Below the pieces are notes generated by a model. That model was not told where the DNA came from and did not search any database. It saw only the letters and a list, made by a program, of their open reading frames with translations. A program made the position numbers and the translations under genes. This document shows, in pieces, positions 1 to 10,831 of a stretch of 36,004 nucleotides of DNA (positions are counted from its first letter, which is position 1; each line of letters opens with the position of its first letter). The stretch is from contig DATHSP010000159.1 of the NCBI GenBank assembly GCA_035464075.1, forward strand, positions 1 to 36,004, in the 5' to 3' direction. Source of the stretch: Thermoleophilia bacterium. GTDB taxonomy: Bacteria > Actinomycetota > Thermoleophilia > UBA2241.

Positions 1-479
1 AGCGTCTTGCCGGCGAAGGCGTAGACGCCGACGGCCGTGCAGAGGACGACGAAGCCGAGAGCCAGGACGCGGAGTTGGAGGCGGCGGGCGGGCGTGAGCC
101 CGACCGCCGCCGCTATCGCGAGATACAGCAGGCACACGTTGAAGGCGTACCAGCTGAGGTCGGGCCCGAATGACCAGGCGATCGACGCCCCCACCCAGAC
201 CGTGAACACGGCGAAGACGGCGAGTGCGGCGAGGTACAGGCGAGACGGCCGCTGGGGACGGACGAGCCAGACCCAGACCGCGGCGAAGCCGAGCATGGCG
301 ACGGCGACGGGCGTCGCGGTGCGCGGGATGTAGCCGCCGGAGAGGAACGCGAACGCCGTCGCCGCGGCGAGCACCGCGACGATCGGGGGGAGATCGCGGG
401 GCCGGCTGCGGCGCAGGCGCAGGCGTGGTCCCTCCCGCGTGCCGGCTTCGATGTTCGCCTCGGGCGGCATCGTGGGCAT
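1..479 (-). CDS. Polytopic membrane protein, N-terminal part only (gene continues past window start); tentatively O-antigen ligase/polymerase-like
   Basis: Not in the ORF track because it is open at the window edge. The reverse strand from ATG 479 (in-frame ATG also at 470) reads MPTMPPEANIEAGTREGPRLRLRRSRPRDLPPIVAVLAAATAFAFLSGGYIPRTATPVAVAMLGFAAVWVWLV...VFTVWVGASIAWSFGPDLSWYAFNVCLLYLAIAAAVGL...LALGFVVLCTAVGVYAFAGKT with no stop down to base 1. Third positions are G/C-dominated. A basic head is followed by several hydrophobic spans. The SIAWSFGPDLS stretch resembles the start of Wzy/O-antigen-ligase-type proteins, but the diagnostic domain would lie outside the window. Confidence 0.5.
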   Translation of the reverse strand, partial: MPTMPPEANIEAGTREGPRLRLRRSRPRDLPPIVAVLAAATAFAFLSGGYIPRTATPVAVAMLGFAAVWVWLVRPQRPSRLYLAALAVFAVFTVWVGASIAWSFGPDLSWYAFNVCLLYLAIAAAVGLTPARRLQLRVLALGFVVLCTAVGVYAFAGKT

Positions 480-483
480 TATA
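478..483 (-). promoter_or_regulatory. Candidate -10 box (TATAAT) for a leaderless transcript of the left-edge membrane protein gene
   Basis: The reverse strand reads cgcTATAATgcccacgATG. This is a perfect TATAAT whose last T is 7 nt upstream of the in-frame ATG at 470, the geometry typical of leaderless actinobacterial mRNAs. No convincing -35 element. Confidence 0.35.
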
Positions 484-563
484 GCGACATGGCTCGCGGG
501 TCGAGCCGCCCGGGACGCACCGACGCGGCGCGTCGAGGACCATCCCTTGCGAAGGCAAACGTA

Positions 564-592
564 TGGTCATGCAAGGAAGGGCGTGGTATAAG
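564..592 (+). promoter_or_regulatory. Candidate sigma-70-type promoter for the 658-1020 gene
   Basis: TGGTCA (564-569), 17-nt spacer, TATAAG (587-592), in the only AT-richer patch of the divergent 480-657 spacer. A GGAGGGGGG Shine-Dalgarno at 642-650 precedes ATG 658. Confidence 0.3.
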
Positions 593-657
593 CATGGAGT
601 GGGCCGAGAGAGAGAACCCGTTCGGTCGGGTGGACCGAGGCGGAGGGGGGTGAACTG

Positions 658-1020
658 ATGTCGAAGCTGATCATCGTGGCGCTGGTGACCGTGCTGGTCC
701 TGGCGGTCGCCGCCGTGGCGTACGCCGTGCCCCAGTCTGTCATCGACGCCATCATCGACGACGCGCAGGATGGCACGATCGACGGCGACTGGACCGTCGA
801 AGAGCTCATGGCTGCGCTCGCGTACCTGCGCGACGACCCTCTGTACCAGCAGTACAATGATATCGAGGGCGTCATCGAGGACTACCTCGCGGGGCTGCAG
901 GACCCGGGTGTCGCGGGGGCCGACGAGCTCGCCTTCACCGGCGCCGAGATCCTCCTGCTCCTGGGAGCGGGGGCCGGCCTCGCCGGCAGCGGCGCACTGT
1001 TGCGGCGCCGGCGCGACTAG
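658..1020 (+). CDS. Small secreted acidic protein with C-terminal LAxTG sortase sorting signal (predicted cell-wall anchored)
   Basis: 120 aa with a strong SD upstream. The signal peptide is MSKLIIVALVTVLVLAVAAVAYA/VP (AxA site), followed by a D/E-rich core of about 68 aa. The C-terminus is LAFTG (aa 91-95), then hydrophobic AEILLLLGAGAGLAGSGALL, then RRRRD, which is the canonical tripartite sorting signal. LAxTG is the class E (actinobacterial) sortase motif. A strong hairpin terminator lies 30 nt downstream. Confidence 0.85.
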   Translation: MSKLIIVALVTVLVLAVAAVAYAVPQSVIDAIIDDAQDGTIDGDWTVEELMAALAYLRDDPLYQQYNDIEGVIEDYLAGLQDPGVAGADELAFTGAEILLLLGAGAGLAGSGALLRRRRD

Positions 1021-1050
1021 CCGCCAGCACTGACGACAGCACCGTGTACG

Positions 1051-1090
1051 ACGACGAAGGCGTTGCCTGACCAGGCAACGCCTTCGTCGT
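1051..1090. terminator. Bidirectional intrinsic-terminator-like hairpin between convergent genes
   Basis: acgacgaaggcgttgcctg (1051-1069) is the perfect reverse complement of caggcaacgccttcgtcgt (1072-1090), giving a stem of about 17-19 bp. On the + strand it is followed by ttctc. It sits between the stop of the + gene (1020) and the stop of the - gene (1234). Confidence 0.7.
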
Positions 1091-1233
1091 TCTCGCGTCT
1101 CCTCGGCCGCACGTGCGCGCGTCGTCTTCTCGCTGCATCCGCCGTCGCGCCCTGCTCAGGCGCGCTACGCCTTGCGTCCCTCGTCGCGCCTCCCTGCCAC
1201 GGCGCGAGGGCCGCTCCGGCCCGCCCAGCGGAC

Positions 1234-2952
1234 TCAGGGGACGACGGTGACCGGCGCCGGGGCGTCCGCGTCCTCGACGACGAGCGCGTCCGGAACGCCC
1301 AGGTCGCCGGCGACGGCGACGGCGAGGCGCCGGAGGCCGGGGTGGTGTGCCACGCGCACCACCCCGGCCTCCGGCGCCCAGTCGCCGCCCACGGCCTCGG
1401 GCACGTACCCGCAGACCGCGAGCCAGGTCCGCGCCGCCTCCGCCCCATCCCCGTCGAGGACCGCGAGCTCTACCGTGCGGCGCTCGGCGAACGTGACGCC
1501 GCGCCACGTGCCGGGGATCCCGGGCGCGAGGACCGCCGGCCAGCAGGCGCGCACGGCGGCGGCGGCGGCGGCGCGCCCCGCCTCCCGCCAATCCGCACGA
1601 AGACCCGCGGCAGCGGTCGCCGTGCCGTCCGCCGCTGACGGGCTCGCCGGCGACGACGGCCCGACGCCCGCCACGGTCGCCCCGCCGCCGCCTGGGACCC
1701 TCACGGCGACGACCGGCAGCCCCGACGCGTCGAGCGCGTCCGCAGCCTCGACCTCGACACCGTCCGGCACACCGGCCACGGGTGCGACCAGGACGGCCGG
1801 CTGATACAGGCGCTGCAGGCGGACGGCGCAGGCCAGCGTCGCGCCCAGGCGCGCCTCCCCCCCATCCGTGTCGTCACCGACCCCCTCCGTGGCGCTCACG
1901 AGCACCACGGCGAGCGGCCGTGACGTCGCAACGGACGCAGCCAGCGTCCCGGCGGCGTCGGCGGCGTCGCAGCGGACGGTCGTGACGTCGATCCCGGGGC
2001 CGGCGCTCTCGGCGACCGCCGCGCGCAGTCCCTGCGCGAACTCCGCAGCGGCCACGGCACCCAGTCCGCCCGGCAGGGCCACGATCACGCCCCCCGTCCG
2101 CTCGACGCTCGTGACCGCGACGGTCGTGCGCGGCGGCCAGAGGCCGAGTCGGAGCGCCTGGGCGAGCCGATCGGCCGCCCCCACGCGCGGTCGCCAGAAG
2201 ACGCCCTCACCGCGGGTCTCGCGCACGACCGGCAGCGCGCGGACGGCGACGTCGTGCGCGCGGACCTCGCGGGCGCTCCTCGCGAGCGCGGTCGCCTGCT
2301 GCAGGTCGAGGTCGCTCTCGGCCAGCTCCGACCCCAAGGCGTAGTTCGCCACGGCGACCACGCTCAGCGACTCCAGCGGGACGCGCGGCAGGGCCTCGGC
2401 CAGCTGCTCGGTCTGCCGGCGGGCGATGGTGGTGGCGTCGCCACGGCCGGCCCAGGCCCTGAGGGCGGCCCTGCGCTGACGCCGCTCGCGTTGCGAGTCG
2501 CCGCTCGGGAACATCGTCGGGACCGCAGCGCCCAGCCCTTCGGCGCTCAACGAGATCGACCCGGCGAAGGGCACGCCCAACGCGTCACCGAGCGCGGCGG
2601 CGGCCTCTTCGGGACCGAAGAGACGGACGACGCGGCAGAGCCGGTCGAAGCCGGCCCCGGGCACGGCCACCTGGGTCTGCACCGGCACGACGACGGCGGT
2701 CAGCGAGGGCTGCTCGTGCTCGACGTGCAGCCACACCGCCGCCGTGCAGTCATCGCCGTCGGCACCCCCGCGTACGAACACCGCGACGTCCCGCGGCGCC
2801 GTCTCCGGCGTCGCCGCGGGAGGGGCGCCGACGACCTCACGCCAGGGGCCGGGCGTGGCGAGAAGGATGATGACGCCGAGGACGACGGCGACGCCGAGGA
2901 GCAGCGCGCCCCACGCGTCGAGGACCCGTGCTGCCGGGCGCAGCAGGCCCAC
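1234..2952 (-). CDS. Membrane-anchored hypothetical protein; degenerate LCP-like domain plus LytR_C-like C-terminus
   Basis: 572 aa, with a GTG start at 2952, 4 nt after the LCP stop. It has an N-terminal TM helix (WGALLLGVAVVLGVIILLA). Residues ~55-150 align by eye with the LCP domain of the neighbouring gene (SLTAVVVPVQTQVAVPGAG vs SISMLSLPRDLLVDIPGVG; GPEEAAAALGDALGVPFAGSISL vs GPALAVETFSAVTGLPVHHFIRV). However, RSDT and PRD are replaced by DCTA and PVQ. The C-terminal ~70 aa look like a LytR_C domain (VELAVLDGDGAEAARTWLAVCGYVPEAVGGDW...VRVAHHPGLRRLAVAVAGDLGV). Confidence 0.75.
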   Translation of the reverse strand: MGLLRPAARVLDAWGALLLGVAVVLGVIILLATPGPWREVVGAPPAATPETAPRDVAVFVRGGADGDDCTAAVWLHVEHEQPSLTAVVVPVQTQVAVPGAGFDRLCRVVRLFGPEEAAAALGDALGVPFAGSISLSAEGLGAAVPTMFPSGDSQRERRQRRAALRAWAGRGDATTIARRQTEQLAEALPRVPLESLSVVAVANYALGSELAESDLDLQQATALARSAREVRAHDVAVRALPVVRETRGEGVFWRPRVGAADRLAQALRLGLWPPRTTVAVTSVERTGGVIVALPGGLGAVAAAEFAQGLRAAVAESAGPGIDVTTVRCDAADAAGTLAASVATSRPLAVVLVSATEGVGDDTDGGEARLGATLACAVRLQRLYQPAVLVAPVAGVPDGVEVEAADALDASGLPVVAVRVPGGGGATVAGVGPSSPASPSAADGTATAAAGLRADWREAGRAAAAAAVRACWPAVLAPGIPGTWRGVTFAERRTVELAVLDGDGAEAARTWLAVCGYVPEAVGGDWAPEAGVVRVAHHPGLRRLAVAVAGDLGVPDALVVEDADAPAPVTVVP

Positions 2953-2956
2953 GACG

Positions 2957-4978
2957 TCAGGGCTTGACGCGCGTGGACGAGGTGGCGAGCGCCAGCATGA
3001 GCTTCTCCGGCAGCTGGTTGTCGAGGGTGTTGATCACCCAGTACACCGTGCCGCTGCGCCGCCACGCCACCATGTGCAGCGCCTCGCCTTCGTAGAACAG
3101 CCAGTACTTGCGCCCGTCGATCTTCTTCGTGCTGCTCGGGTGTGCGATCGCCGGCGGATCGGCCCAGTCGAGCGCCTGGATGCCCCAGTAGCCCCCCTGG
3201 GCCGTGGTGCCGACGACGATGGCGGCGGCCTTGTCGCGACCGTCGGTGCCCTCCACCTTGTAGGCGTGGAACTCCTCGTAGCCGAGCCCGGACGCCCAGG
3301 CCGTGGGCGCGAACAGCTTGACCTTGGCCTCGGCGGCGAGCGCCTGCCACTCGGCCCACCCGTACTGCTGGTCCTCGAGGATCTCGACCTCGGGCTCGAC
3401 GGTCTCCTCGGGCACGTCGAGGAGGCCGTCGAACGACGTGCCGACGAACACGTGCACGTCGCCGTCGGTGCCCGGCGAGCGCGGCGTGAGGCGGATCTCG
3501 GCGGGAGCGAGCAGCTCGGCGAGCTGGCGAGCGGCCCTGGCGAGGTACTTGGGCGCATAGATCACCGTCGTGTCGACCACTTCGTCGGCGTCGCCGACGG
3601 CCCCGGCCCGGTACCCGAGCGCCTTGAGCTGCGACGCGGTCGACGCCGCCATGCCGGCGTAGCCGTTGGCGTTGTAGACCTGCACGCCGTACAGGCGCTT
3701 GGAGATCTGCCGCGTCGCCTTGAGCGGCTTGTAGAGCGGGTCCTTGAAGGCCTTGACCTTGTCGGCGATCTCCTCCGCGGAGGCGGAGACGTACGAGATG
3801 CCGTCGATCATCGGCGTGTCGCCCTCGACGTGGACCGCCGAGATGCGCGACGTGTCGAGGGTGAGAGCCAGACTCGCGAGGGGCAGCAGCTTCTTGAGCG
3901 AGTCGAGATCGGAGGTCGTCTCCGCGGTGATCGCCTTGAGCAGTTTCGCCACCTTCTGCCAGTCGCGGTTCCAGCGGCCGGACTGGCGCTGCAGCTCGCG
4001 CAGGAAGAGCTGCTGCCGCTGCATGCGCGAGAAGTCGCCCTTCTGGTCGTGGCGGAAGCGCACGAAGTTGAGAGCGTCCTTGCCGCGCAGCTTCTGGTAG
4101 CCGGGCTCGATATTGATGGACTTCCAGCCCGAGTGCGGCGGGTTGTAGTAGCGGCGGTCGACTGGGATGTAGACGCCGCCGAGGATGTTGACGGAGTGCC
4201 AGAACCCGGCGAAGTCGACCCTGATGAAGTGGTGGACGGGAAGGCCGGTGACGGCGCTGAAGGTCTCGACCGCGAGCGCAGGTCCGCCGTACGAGTAGGC
4301 CTCGTTCATCTTCGCCGAGCCGACGCCGGGGATGTCGACCAGCAGATCGCGGGGCAGCGAGAGCATGGAGATGCTCTTGGTGTCCGGGTCGAGACGGACG
4401 AGGAGGAGCGTGTCGGAGCGCCCCGGATCGCCCTCGACCTGCTGGTCGCTGCCGATGAGAAGGATGTTGACCGGCTTGCCTGGCAGCGGCGGCTTGAGCT
4501 CGCGCGCCGTCGCCCGGACCTCCTCCTCGACCTCCTCGCTGCGCTCGCTCACCGTGTTCACGACACCGTTGGTCCAGCCGAGGGCGAAGCCCGGTGCGGC
4601 CAGCGCGGCGACGACGACCGCGAGGCTGAGGACCTTGAGACTGAGGTGACGACCGAAGGCGAGGTAGGCGGTGACGCCGGTCACCACGAGCACGCCGAGG
4701 GCGGGCACGCCGTACAGGACCCAGGGAGGCACGCGGCCCGTCTGCTCGGCCAGGTCCAGCACGCCGACCGCGTTGCCCAGGGCCTCACGGCCGTAGAGCC
4801 AGGTGAGCGCCAGACCCGCGGCGGCGGCGAGCGCGATGAGCGCCGTCAGCAGGAGCGCGCGCCGGCGGCTCCCCGCCGAGCGCGCGCGACGTGCAGGCGG
4901 CGGCGCGCCCAGCGGCGGCGCAGGGCCGCGGCGGACGGGCTCGTCTTCGCCGACTCTGTAGACGCGATAGTTCCCCAT
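2957..4978 (-). CDS. LytR-CpsA-Psr (LCP) family cell-wall glycopolymer phosphotransferase with LytR_C and an extra C-terminal domain
   Basis: 673 aa with about 3 N-terminal TM helices. The catalytic LCP domain reads VNILLIGSDQQVEGDPGRSDTLLLVRLDPDTKSISMLSLPRDLLVDIPGVGSAKMNEAYSYGGPALAVETF...FIRVDFAGF. A LytR_C-like segment follows (VQVYNANGYAGMAASTASQLKALGYRAGAVGDAD..TTVIYAP). After that comes an unassigned C-terminal domain of about 140 aa. Confidence 0.9.
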   Translation of the reverse strand: MGNYRVYRVGEDEPVRRGPAPPLGAPPPARRARSAGSRRRALLLTALIALAAAAGLALTWLYGREALGNAVGVLDLAEQTGRVPPWVLYGVPALGVLVVTGVTAYLAFGRHLSLKVLSLAVVVAALAAPGFALGWTNGVVNTVSERSEEVEEEVRATARELKPPLPGKPVNILLIGSDQQVEGDPGRSDTLLLVRLDPDTKSISMLSLPRDLLVDIPGVGSAKMNEAYSYGGPALAVETFSAVTGLPVHHFIRVDFAGFWHSVNILGGVYIPVDRRYYNPPHSGWKSINIEPGYQKLRGKDALNFVRFRHDQKGDFSRMQRQQLFLRELQRQSGRWNRDWQKVAKLLKAITAETTSDLDSLKKLLPLASLALTLDTSRISAVHVEGDTPMIDGISYVSASAEEIADKVKAFKDPLYKPLKATRQISKRLYGVQVYNANGYAGMAASTASQLKALGYRAGAVGDADEVVDTTVIYAPKYLARAARQLAELLAPAEIRLTPRSPGTDGDVHVFVGTSFDGLLDVPEETVEPEVEILEDQQYGWAEWQALAAEAKVKLFAPTAWASGLGYEEFHAYKVEGTDGRDKAAAIVVGTTAQGGYWGIQALDWADPPAIAHPSSTKKIDGRKYWLFYEGEALHMVAWRRSGTVYWVINTLDNQLPEKLMLALATSSTRVKP

Positions 4979-5002
4979 GGAGGTGCGGGCTCGAGGCCTT
5001 GT

Positions 5003-6358
5003 CTAGATGGTACCATCGGTCGCCACGCCCGGCCCCGCGGCGCCGGCACCAGCCCCCGGCGAAGCCACACCGTGCACGTCGCCCGCGACGTCGGCACCCA
5101 GGCCGCGCAGCTTCTCTTCGAGTCTCTCGTACCCGCGGAAGATGTGCCCGGCGCCGCGCACCTCGGTCGTGTTGTCGGCGGCGAGCCCGGCGGTCACGAG
5201 GGCGGCGCCGCCCCGCAGGTCCGGCGCCTCGACGACGGTGCCGCTCAGGCGCCGCGGTCCCGCGACCACGGCGTGGTGGCCGCTGGTGACGATTCCGGCG
5301 CCGAGCCGGTTGAGCTCGTCGACCACGACGAAGCGGTTCTCGAAGACGTTCTCGGTCACGATGGAGGTACCCTCGGCGAGCGAGAGCAGCACCATGATCT
5401 GGGCCTGCAGGTCGGTCGCGAACCCCGGGTGCGGCAGGGTGGAGATGTCGACCGGGGCGAGCGGGCCGTCGCGGCGCGCGCGGATGCGCCGCTCGCTCTC
5501 GTCGACCTCGACTCCGGCGGAGCGCAGCTTGGCGAGGAAGAGCTCGAGGTGCATGGGGTCGAGCCCCACGACGGTGACGTCGCCGGCCGTCGCGGCCCCC
5601 ATGATGAGGTAGGTGCCGGCTTCGATGCGGTCGGCGATGACGGTGTGCTCGGCGCCGTGGAGGGCGTGACCGCCCTCGACCTGCAGCGTGCTCGTACCGG
5701 CGCCCTTGACGACCGCGCCCATCGCGGTGAGGAAGGCGGCGAGGTCGACGATCTCGGGCTCGCGGGCGGCGTTCTCGATCACGGTGACACCGTCGGCGGC
5801 CGTGGCCGCCATCAGCAGGTTCTCGGTGGCGCCGACGCTGGGGTAGTCGAGGGCGACGACGGCGCCCTTGAGCCGGTCGGCGCGCACCTTGATGAAGCCG
5901 TGGTCGATGTCGATGCGGGCGCCGAGCTTCTCCAGCCCGCGGATGTGGAAGTCGATGCGCCGCGGGCCGATGTTGCACCCGCCGGGCATGGCGATCGTGG
6001 CCTCGCCGAGGCGGGCGACGAGCGGCCCCATCACGATGATGCTGGCGCGCATCTGCCGCACCAGCTCGTAGGGCGCGCATCCCTCGAGACGGCCGCCCGG
6101 GTCGATCGTCAGCGTCGCGCCCTCGCCGGCGACGTGCGCGCCGAGGGCGCGCAGCATCTCGACCATGAGCTCGACGTCGGTGATGCGCGGCACGCGGTGG
6201 ACGACCGAGGTCTCGGGCGTGAGCAGACTCGCGGCGAGCAGCTTGAGGGCGGAGTTCTTGGCGCCCGCCAGGACGACCTCACCCTCGAGGCGGGCGCCGC
6301 CTCTGACGAACAGGCGCTCCTCGCGCCGAGGCGCCGCCGTGTCCGTTCCCTCACCCAT
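5003..6358 (-). CDS. murA: UDP-N-acetylglucosamine 1-carboxyvinyltransferase
   Basis: 451 aa with VVLAGAKNSALKLLAASLLT near the N-terminus. The active-site loop MPGGCNIGPRRIDFHIRGLEKLGA retains the Cys. The C-terminus reads HIFRGYERLEEKLRGLGA. Confidence 0.95.
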   Translation of the reverse strand: MGEGTDTAAPRREERLFVRGGARLEGEVVLAGAKNSALKLLAASLLTPETSVVHRVPRITDVELMVEMLRALGAHVAGEGATLTIDPGGRLEGCAPYELVRQMRASIIVMGPLVARLGEATIAMPGGCNIGPRRIDFHIRGLEKLGARIDIDHGFIKVRADRLKGAVVALDYPSVGATENLLMAATAADGVTVIENAAREPEIVDLAAFLTAMGAVVKGAGTSTLQVEGGHALHGAEHTVIADRIEAGTYLIMGAATAGDVTVVGLDPMHLELFLAKLRSAGVEVDESERRIRARRDGPLAPVDISTLPHPGFATDLQAQIMVLLSLAEGTSIVTENVFENRFVVVDELNRLGAGIVTSGHHAVVAGPRRLSGTVVEAPDLRGGAALVTAGLAADNTTEVRGAGHIFRGYERLEEKLRGLGADVAGDVHGVASPGAGAGAAGPGVATDGTI

Positions 6359-6382
6359 CGTGCCGTCTCCGCCGCGTGCGCG

Positions 6383-6814
6383 TCAGCCGCGCCGCTGGGC
6401 GACGCGCAGGCGGTTCTCGGCGCGGCGCAGCGCCTGCTCGGCGCGGTACAGGTCGACCTCGGCGCGGGCCTCGGGGTCGTCGCGCAGGCGCAGGCGCTCG
6501 GCGGCGCGCCGTCGCGCCACCGCGGCGCGCTCCACGTCGATGCGGCCCGCCTCCTCGGCGTGGTCGACGACGATGAGGACGCGGTCGAAGAGCACCTCGG
6601 CGAAGCCGATGCCGGTGGCCACGTAGTCGTACGTGCCGTCCGCCTTCTGGATGCGGGTCTCGCCGACGGCGAGCAGGGTCACGAGCGGCTGGTGCCCGGC
6701 CATGATGCCGAGCTCGCCCTCGACGCCGGGCAGCACGACGAGGGTCGCGGCGTCCTTGTACACCTCACCCTCGGGTGTGACCAGCTCGACCTGGATCGGG
6801 GGGTGGTCCGCCAT
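6383..6814 (-). CDS. atpC: F1 ATP synthase subunit epsilon
   Basis: 143 aa: IQVELVTPEGEVYKDAATLVVLPGVEGELGIMAGHQPLVTLL plus a C-terminal helical hairpin. Last gene of the atp operon. Confidence 0.95.
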   Translation of the reverse strand: MADHPPIQVELVTPEGEVYKDAATLVVLPGVEGELGIMAGHQPLVTLLAVGETRIQKADGTYDYVATGIGFAEVLFDRVLIVVDHAEEAGRIDVERAAVARRRAAERLRLRDDPEARAEVDLYRAEQALRRAENRLRVAQRRG

Positions 6815-6821
6815 GCCGGGC

Positions 6822-9183
<2,362 letters not shown>

Positions 9184-9184
9184 G

Positions 9185-10819
9185 TCAGGCGTCGCCCTCC
9201 CCGGCCGCCGGCTCGGCGGGTTCGACGTCGGACCCGCCCGGCGCGCCGGCCGCGTCGTCGGGCTCGGCCGAGATCGAGCCGGCGACCGTGCCGGCAGGTT
9301 CGATCGTGCCCACCGGCGAGAACGAGGTGTGGAACTGGGCGATGGCGCGGCGGAGCTCGGCCTCGGTCTCGGGTGTGAGCTCCTTCTGCTCGCGGATCGT
9401 CCGCAGCAGGTCGGCGTGCTGAGCGCGCATGGCCACGCGCAGCTCCTCGCGGAAGGCGGCGACGCGGTCGACCGGCACGTCGTCGAGGTAGCCCTGGGTG
9501 CCGGCGAAGAGGACGGCGACCTGCTCCTCGACCGGCTGCGGGTCGAAGCGCCCCTGGTTGAGCAGCTGGATCATGCGCTCGCCGCGGGCCAGCGACTTCT
9601 GCGTGGATTCGTCGAGCTCGCTGCCGAACTGCGCGAAGGCCTCGAGCTCGCGGTACTGCGCGAGGTCGAGCTTGAGGCGCCCGGCGACCTGCTTCATGGC
9701 CTTGATCTGCGCGTTGCCGCCCACGCGGCTCACCGAGATGCCCACGTTGATGGCCGGTCGCACGCCGGAGTAGAAGAGGTCGCTCTGCAGGAAGATCTGG
9801 CCGTCGGTGATGCTGATCACGTTGGTCGGGATGTAGGCCGAGACGTCGCCCTCCTGGGTCTCGATGACCGGGATGGCGGTGAGCGACCCGGCGCCGAGCT
9901 CGTCGCTCAGCTTGACGGCGCGCTCGAGCAGCCGCGAGTGCAGGTAGAACACGTCGCCGGGGAAGGCCTCGCGGCCCGGTGGGCGGCGCAGCAGCAGGCT
10001 CATCTGCCGGTAGGCGTCGGCGTGCTTGCTGAGGTCGTCGTAGAAGCACACCGCGTGCCGGCCGCCGTAGAGGAAGTGCTCGCCCATGGCGGCGCCGCAG
10101 TACGGCGCGAGGTACTTGAGCGGCGCCGAGTCGGAGGCGGTGGCCGCGACCACGATGGTGTAGTCGAGGGCGCCGTACTCCTCGAGCTTCTGCACCACCT
10201 GCATGACCGTGCTGGCCTTCTGCCCGATGGCCACGTAGACGCAGGTGATGTCCTGGCCCTTCTGGTTGATGATGGTGTCGACGATGAGCGAGGTCTTGCC
10301 CGTCTGGCGGTCGCCGATGATGAGCTCGCGCTGGCCGCGGCCGATGGGGATCATCGCGTCGATGGCCTTCCAGCCGGTCTGCAGCGGCTCGCGCACGGGC
10401 TGCCGCTGCACCACGCCGGGCGCTTTGAACTCGACCGGCCGGAACGCGTCGGTCTCGACGGCGCCCTTGTCGTCGAGCGGCGCCCCGAGCGGGTTCACCA
10501 CGCGGCCGATCAGCGCGTCGCCCACCGGCACCTGCAGGATGCGGCCGCTGCGCTTGACGAGGTCGCCCTCCTTGATGAGCGTGTCCTCGCCCAGCAGGAC
10601 GACGCCGACATTGTCCTCCTCGAGGTTGAGCACCAGGGCGGTGACGCCGTGCGGCAGGTCGAGCATCTCGCCGGCCAGGGCGTTGCGCAGCCCGTAGATG
10701 CGGGCGATGCCGTCGCCCACCTCGAGCACGGTGCCGACCTCTTCGACCTCGACCTCGGCCTGGTAGCCCTCGATCTGGGCCTTGAGGACCGCGGCGATCT
10801 CTTCGGGGCGCAGCTTCAC
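9185..10819 (-). CDS. atpA: F1 ATP synthase subunit alpha (with ~40-45 aa acidic/Pro-Ala-Gly-rich C-terminal extension)
   Basis: 544 aa, GTG start. Walker A is GDRQTGKTS. The canonical end around AIAQFHTSF is followed by [44 protein letters not shown]. Confidence 0.97.
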   Translation of the reverse strand: MKLRPEEIAAVLKAQIEGYQAEVEVEEVGTVLEVGDGIARIYGLRNALAGEMLDLPHGVTALVLNLEEDNVGVVLLGEDTLIKEGDLVKRSGRILQVPVGDALIGRVVNPLGAPLDDKGAVETDAFRPVEFKAPGVVQRQPVREPLQTGWKAIDAMIPIGRGQRELIIGDRQTGKTSLIVDTIINQKGQDITCVYVAIGQKASTVMQVVQKLEEYGALDYTIVVAATASDSAPLKYLAPYCGAAMGEHFLYGGRHAVCFYDDLSKHADAYRQMSLLLRRPPGREAFPGDVFYLHSRLLERAVKLSDELGAGSLTAIPVIETQEGDVSAYIPTNVISITDGQIFLQSDLFYSGVRPAINVGISVSRVGGNAQIKAMKQVAGRLKLDLAQYRELEAFAQFGSELDESTQKSLARGERMIQLLNQGRFDPQPVEEQVAVLFAGTQGYLDDVPVDRVAAFREELRVAMRAQHADLLRTIREQKELTPETEAELRRAIAQFHTSFSPVGTIEPAGTVAGSISAEPDDAAGAPGGSDVEPAEPAAGEGDA

Positions 10820-10831
10820 TGTCGTGTCACC

